32,000 nt of DNA from Microcystis aeruginosa NIES-2549 (lineage in GTDB: Bacteria; Cyanobacteriota; Cyanobacteriia; Cyanobacteriales; Microcystaceae): contig NZ_CP011304.1 in assembly GCF_000981785.2 (NCBI RefSeq), positions 3,060,001 through 3,092,000 of the forward strand, in the 5' to 3' direction. The number at the start of each line of letters is the position of its first letter. Within the stretch, counting starts at the first letter, position 1. The notes under the pieces are model-generated. The model ran no database searches. It worked only from the letters and a program-made list of their open reading frames with translations, and was not told the origin of the DNA. Of the stretch, positions 28,930-32,000 are shown in pieces. Position numbers and translations under genes: made by a program.

Positions 28930-28995
28930 CCCTTAGACTTAGCTAGTGGCGAACAAGCTCCCGTGGCTCTGATTGCTCCCGCTATCAATGGTTAA
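28930..28995 (+). repeat. Second copy of the last 66 bp of psbA (codons for [21 protein letters not shown] plus stop)
   Basis: 64/66 identical to 28032-28097, with mismatches g/a and a/g, in the same orientation, 898 bp downstream. Confidence 0.92.
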
Positions 28996-29017
28996 GTTCT
29001 AATCAAATAATTACGAC

Positions 29018-29059
29018 AAAAAAGGTCGGGGTGATCTAATGTTCGCCCCGACCTTTTTT
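29018..29059. terminator. Bidirectional rho-independent terminator
   Basis: AAAAAAGGTCGGGG (loop) CCCCGACCTTTTTT. It lies between the second psbA-end copy (+) and the stop of the minus-strand gene at 29079. Confidence 0.8.
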
Positions 29060-29078
29060 AATTGAAATTCTCGACAAA

Positions 29079-29894
29079 TCACCTGACCAATAACCACTTC
29101 TCGCTCCAAGCACCGTTGACATTGAAGCCACTGCCCGTAGGGGTGAAAGTAAGAGAACCGTAGTCGAAGTTATTGCAGATGGTTCCGAAAATAGTGGCAT
29201 GGACTCGCTCAGGTGGACAGATATCTGCGGCCCCGTAGCCGTTCTTTCCGCGAGTCCCCAGGTGGGAATAGGTGTTGCCATCCCAATCCCCGTTACCGAA
29301 CCAGGTTGTGTTGGCTGGACCTTCTTTCAGCATACAGCGCAGACCTTTGCCTCTGCGCCCACCTGTCAAATCAGTTACCTGATATTGATTGAAATGGCTA
29401 CCGCAGGTTTTGGGACGGGGTAGGGGGTTGTAGTTAACGGAGGAAGCCAAACGCCACTCCTCATTCCAGGCACCAGTCACCCGAATCACTCCTGGTCTGA
29501 CCGTTCGGATCTCGAGATTACCCGGATAGTTGAAGTTAGCATCCTCCCCGTTACCGTGAATGTCGGACGCGAACCCGACCAACATTCTGCCTCGGTCAAT
29601 CGCCTGTCCCAGATGGCGGTAGGTAGCCCCTTCCCAGGTTCCTTCCCCGTACCAGGACAGACGGGGAATGCTTGAGCCTTGCTGTCCTTTACTGAATTTG
29701 ACACAACGAATCCCAGTTCCCCGTCGGTTATCTAGCGAACGAACTATATATGTTTCTAAGTGGGGACCACAATTGAAGCGAGTAGCAGTGGTCAGACGGA
29801 TCGGCTCTATTTGAATTTGAGCGAGGCTGGGCAAAGTTGCCACCAACAGGGCTATACCGCCTAATACCATAGTCTTGACAGAACGTAGATTCAT
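29079..29894 (-). CDS. Secreted hypothetical protein built from two homologous ~110-aa repeats
   Basis: A signal peptide (MNLRSVKTMVLGGIALLVATLPSLAQ) is followed by two repeats. They share CG.H...Y.V..L...RRG.G.RC, W.G.G.W.G.TY.HLG and the ending ..GAW.E.W.L. The gene is GC-richer than its surroundings: 36 of 70 nt were G/C in a hand-counted sample. Confidence 0.75.
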   Translation of the reverse strand: MNLRSVKTMVLGGIALLVATLPSLAQIQIEPIRLTTATRFNCGPHLETYIVRSLDNRRGTGIRCVKFSKGQQGSSIPRLSWYGEGTWEGATYRHLGQAIDRGRMLVGFASDIHGNGEDANFNYPGNLEIRTVRPGVIRVTGAWNEEWRLASSVNYNPLPRPKTCGSHFNQYQVTDLTGGRRGKGLRCMLKEGPANTTWFGNGDWDGNTYSHLGTRGKNGYGAADICPPERVHATIFGTICNNFDYGSLTFTPTGSGFNVNGAWSEKWLLVR

Positions 29895-30127
29895 AATTTT
29901 TTCCTGAAATTGGGAAGCCGTGTTTACTTGCTAATTTCAGAATATTCGGAGTCTCAGGGTGATGTCAGTCCCAAAATAAGTGGAAATTGACGATTTCAAT
30001 CATTTCTACTTTCAGGAATAGAGTGGAAGAACATGGAAATTCGCTACCATTTATCTCCTCTTCTCCTGATCTTTCTCGTATGGTCGATATGTACTGAAAG
30101 TTTAATTGTCTCTCAATCTTTCTAATA

Positions 30128-30242
30128 AGTAGTTGGACAAAAGTAAAGTTAACTGTGGGGTGAGGAGCCAGTCGTCAGGAGTCAGTAAGAATTGCGGCAA
30201 TTTACATTTTAAGATAGACAACAGAATTTATGTCCGACTACT
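30128..30242. mobile_element. MITE (115 bp) with terminal inverted repeats and TA target-site duplication
   Basis: The left end is AGTAGTTGGACAAAAG. The right end, reverse-complemented, is AGTAGTCGGACATAAA. The two match at 13 of the first 16 positions (12 of the first 13). The element is flanked by TA (30126-27) and TA (30243-44), the pattern of IS630/Tc1-mariner-derived MITEs. Confidence 0.65.
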
Positions 30243-30333
30243 TAGTTGGGCGCAAGACAAATTCGCCGGAGAAAGAAGTAATCCGGTGCGTTTCGAGACG
30301 GGAATAGGGCATCCGTTTTCTGTCAGTACGGGG

Positions 30334-30708
30334 TTAGGCTTCGCTGGTGCGGCGAATACCTTCGTCGAGAATGAAGAACTGAGGGTTAAGAGAGGCCAAC
30401 TGCTCTCGCAGCTTTTCGATTTCGGCAGCGGGAGCGTGAACTTCTACGCGAATAATCTTGGCGATTTTGAGAAGTTCGTCTAGCAGTTCCCCGACGTTTT
30501 GTAGGTGGGCAAGAACTGCGGAGGCATCGACGTAACCCTCGCGGCAATGAACAATATTACCGCTAAAGGAAAAAGCATAATGGATACAGCCCTCTTCGGT
30601 GCGGGTTCTCTCAATGAACTTGGGGCTTAGTTCCTTAAAGGCAGCAATTTTTCCTTCTTGTATTTCAAAGTAGGGTACGAGAGTACAGCAAGTATCGATT
30701 TTGAACAT
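30334..30708 (-). CDS. Small alpha/beta-barrel protein, ABM (antibiotic biosynthesis monooxygenase)-like
   Basis: 124 aa. The pattern LVPYFEIQEGKIAAFKEL...RTEEGCIHYAFSF....VHCREGYVDASAVLAHL resembles ABM/Dabb-fold proteins. This is a recognition by pattern only. Confidence 0.5.
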   Translation of the reverse strand: MFKIDTCCTLVPYFEIQEGKIAAFKELSPKFIERTRTEEGCIHYAFSFSGNIVHCREGYVDASAVLAHLQNVGELLDELLKIAKIIRVEVHAPAAEIEKLREQLASLNPQFFILDEGIRRTSEA

Positions 30709-30903
30709 CAGATTCTCCTTCTAGGTGTTGCGGAGGGATATCCCGCGTTTGTGGTGCAGAAAAGGTTATCTCAGGGGTTGTCTAGGCCGTGCGCTCCTAC
30801 AGAATAATGCCCTGCTGTCGGGGTGAACGGCTTTCTCACAAAATATAACAGACTTCAGGTCAACCCTTGTGCAACTTTTGGAGAAGTTAAGAAAAAGCGA
30901 TCG

Positions 30904-31197
30904 CTAACTCAAACAAGGTAGAATGAAAAGCTGAATATCATTATCAAGTGCAATCCTCAACTCCCGTTGGATGTATCCCTGTTTATTAGCCGATTTTGCT
31001 GACAGACAGGCGAGAAAAATCTGACTGGCTTTAATCGCTTTCGGAATTTCATCTCGCCAAATTTGACCCGGAATCAGCTCTTTTTTATCCAACCAAGGTT
31101 TATATCCCACTTGCTTAAGGCGGTTATACAGTGCCAAAACTGGTGGTTTATCCTCATTGGCATGGGCCAAGAAAATTTGAATCTTTGACTTCTTCAC
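30904..31197 (-). CDS. TIR-domain protein (short, possibly truncated by an amber codon)
   Basis: 97 aa. The motifs IFLAHANEDK, YKPWLDKKELIPGQIWRDEI.KAI and FLACLS..S....GYIQRELRIAL are typical of bacterial TIR domains. The frame stays open for 45 more codons beyond the TAG at 30904-30906. Confidence 0.8.
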   Translation of the reverse strand: MKKSKIQIFLAHANEDKPPVLALYNRLKQVGYKPWLDKKELIPGQIWRDEIPKAIKASQIFLACLSAKSANKQGYIQRELRIALDNDIQLFILPCLS

Positions 31198-31300
31198 TTT
31201 GGTTTTTACCAGTGTAGCCGCTACTGATTTACTAGGTAACTTAGGAGATTCTGGGGGTTAGAGGTTGGGGGAGTTTCCCTTGTCACCGACTGCAAATGCT

Positions 31301-31414
31301 TACTTAACCTGAGTTCGGTTTAAGGGAATTTTGCCATAGCTTGCACGAAAGAATAGGAGTTTTAGGCTACGGTAGCATCAGGGTTTTAGCTTATCCCGAA
31401 CTGAGGTTACTTAC
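31301..31414. repeat. Inverted-repeat-bounded ~114-bp element (MITE-like or structured RNA)
   Basis: TAACCTGAGTTCGG (31305-31318) is complementary to CCGAACTGAGGTTA (31397-31410) with one mismatch. Confidence 0.4.
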
Positions 31415-31479
31415 TTTTTTCTAAAGTAGTTGAAGCGACAGAAACCCCGCATAAAGCGTTAGCGGCGTGCGTGGGTAGT

Positions 31480-32000
31480 TCATTCGGGTACAGTGAGAAT
31501 TTCGACACCGGTTTCGGTGACGGCGATGGTGTGTTCAAATTGGGCCGAAAGTTTACCATCTTTAGTAATAGCAGTCCAACCGTCTTTTAAGACAATATGT
31601 TGCCAGGTTCCCTCATTAATCATTGGTTCAATGGTGAATACCATGCCGGGGCGAATTTTTTTGCCCTTGCCGCGAATGCCGTAGTGGGGAACCTGTGGAC
31701 CAGTGTGAAAAACATTACTGATACCATGACCGACAAAATCTCTAACCACCGAAAATCCTTGGCCTTCGGCATATTCTTGGATAGCTGCGCCAATATCGCC
31801 GATTCTCCCCCCCGGCTGCACTGCATCTATGCCTCTTTGCAGACATTCTCTGGTAACTTCCACTAACTTTTTGGCCAGGGGGGAGGGAGTACCGACAAAG
31901 AAAGTCTGGGAGGTATCGCCGTGATAACCTTCTAAAATCGGGGTGACATCGATGTTAATAATATCGCCATCTTTGAGGATTTGATCGGCGCTGGGGATGC
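31480..32000 (-). CDS. map: Methionine aminopeptidase type I (5-prime end beyond the window)
   Basis: The open frame runs to the window edge: ..DGDIINIDVTPILEGYHGDTSQTFFVG...FVGHGI...GMVFTIEPMINEG...QFEHTIAVTE. The metal-ligand motifs are typical of MetAP I. Confidence 0.93.
   Translation of the reverse strand, partial: IPSADQILKDGDIINIDVTPILEGYHGDTSQTFFVGTPSPLAKKLVEVTRECLQRGIDAVQPGGRIGDIGAAIQEYAEGQGFSVVRDFVGHGISNVFHTGPQVPHYGIRGKGKKIRPGMVFTIEPMINEGTWQHIVLKDGWTAITKDGKLSAQFEHTIAVTETGVEILTVPE

Noticed and set aside
30133-30483. A 116-aa plus-strand ORF.
   Set aside because: It starts inside the MITE and runs antisense through the ABM-like gene. It has no motif and is a shadow ORF.
30904-31197. 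Thoeris-like system, because a TIR-domain gene is present.
   Set aside because: No ThsA-type (SIR2, SLOG or Macro) or other receiver/effector gene is adjacent. Only the orphan TIR observation is reported.

Overview
The window looks like a cyanobacterial chromosome segment. The guess of a Microcystis-like chroococcalean is an inference from several signs: many GCGATCGC (HIP1) octamers, AT-leaning composition, a high load of IS, MITE and toxin-antitoxin elements, and the gene content. Core genes are interleaved with three accessory or degraded patches.

Core genes:
- chlL, a tandemly duplicated DUF5331-like gene, and chlN (dark protochlorophyllide reductase cluster)
- a Udp/DeoD-type nucleoside phosphorylase
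- glgP, an RRM RNA-binding protein, a DUF3493-like protein and tRNA-Thr(CGU)
- a ycf46-like AAA ATPase, an SH3b protein and a PsiE-like protein
- the complete nrtABCD nitrate transporter
- the 3-prime part of map, which is cut by the window end

Accessory patches:
- Patch A (about 3.8-6.0 kb): an AT-rich, translationally coupled AAA-ATPase + RloB/Toprim pair of the AbiL type, inserted straight after the chlN terminator.
- Patch B (about 6.8-13.7 kb): a relic of a glgP 3-prime end, an unknown small protein, and a decayed killer toxin with an intact antidote gene. It also holds a TPR-CHAT (caspase-like) gene broken by an intact ISL3 element nested against a truncated IS4-family transposase, a perfect 30-bp tandem duplication, and a GxxExxY gene embedded in a ~134-bp repeat array.
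- Patch C (about 27.5-31.5 kb): a 5-prime-truncated psbA fragment whose last 66 bp occur again 898 bp downstream, so the two copies bracket a MazF-type toxin-antitoxin cassette. It also holds a GC-richer secreted protein made of two internal repeats, several ~115-bp inverted-repeat (MITE-like) elements, an ABM-like protein, and a TIR-only gene with a possible in-frame amber codon.

No CRISPR array, rRNA or prophage was seen. All calls rest on reading the sequence and ORF translations by eye. No searches or computations were run, so family names are recognitions from motifs, not database hits.
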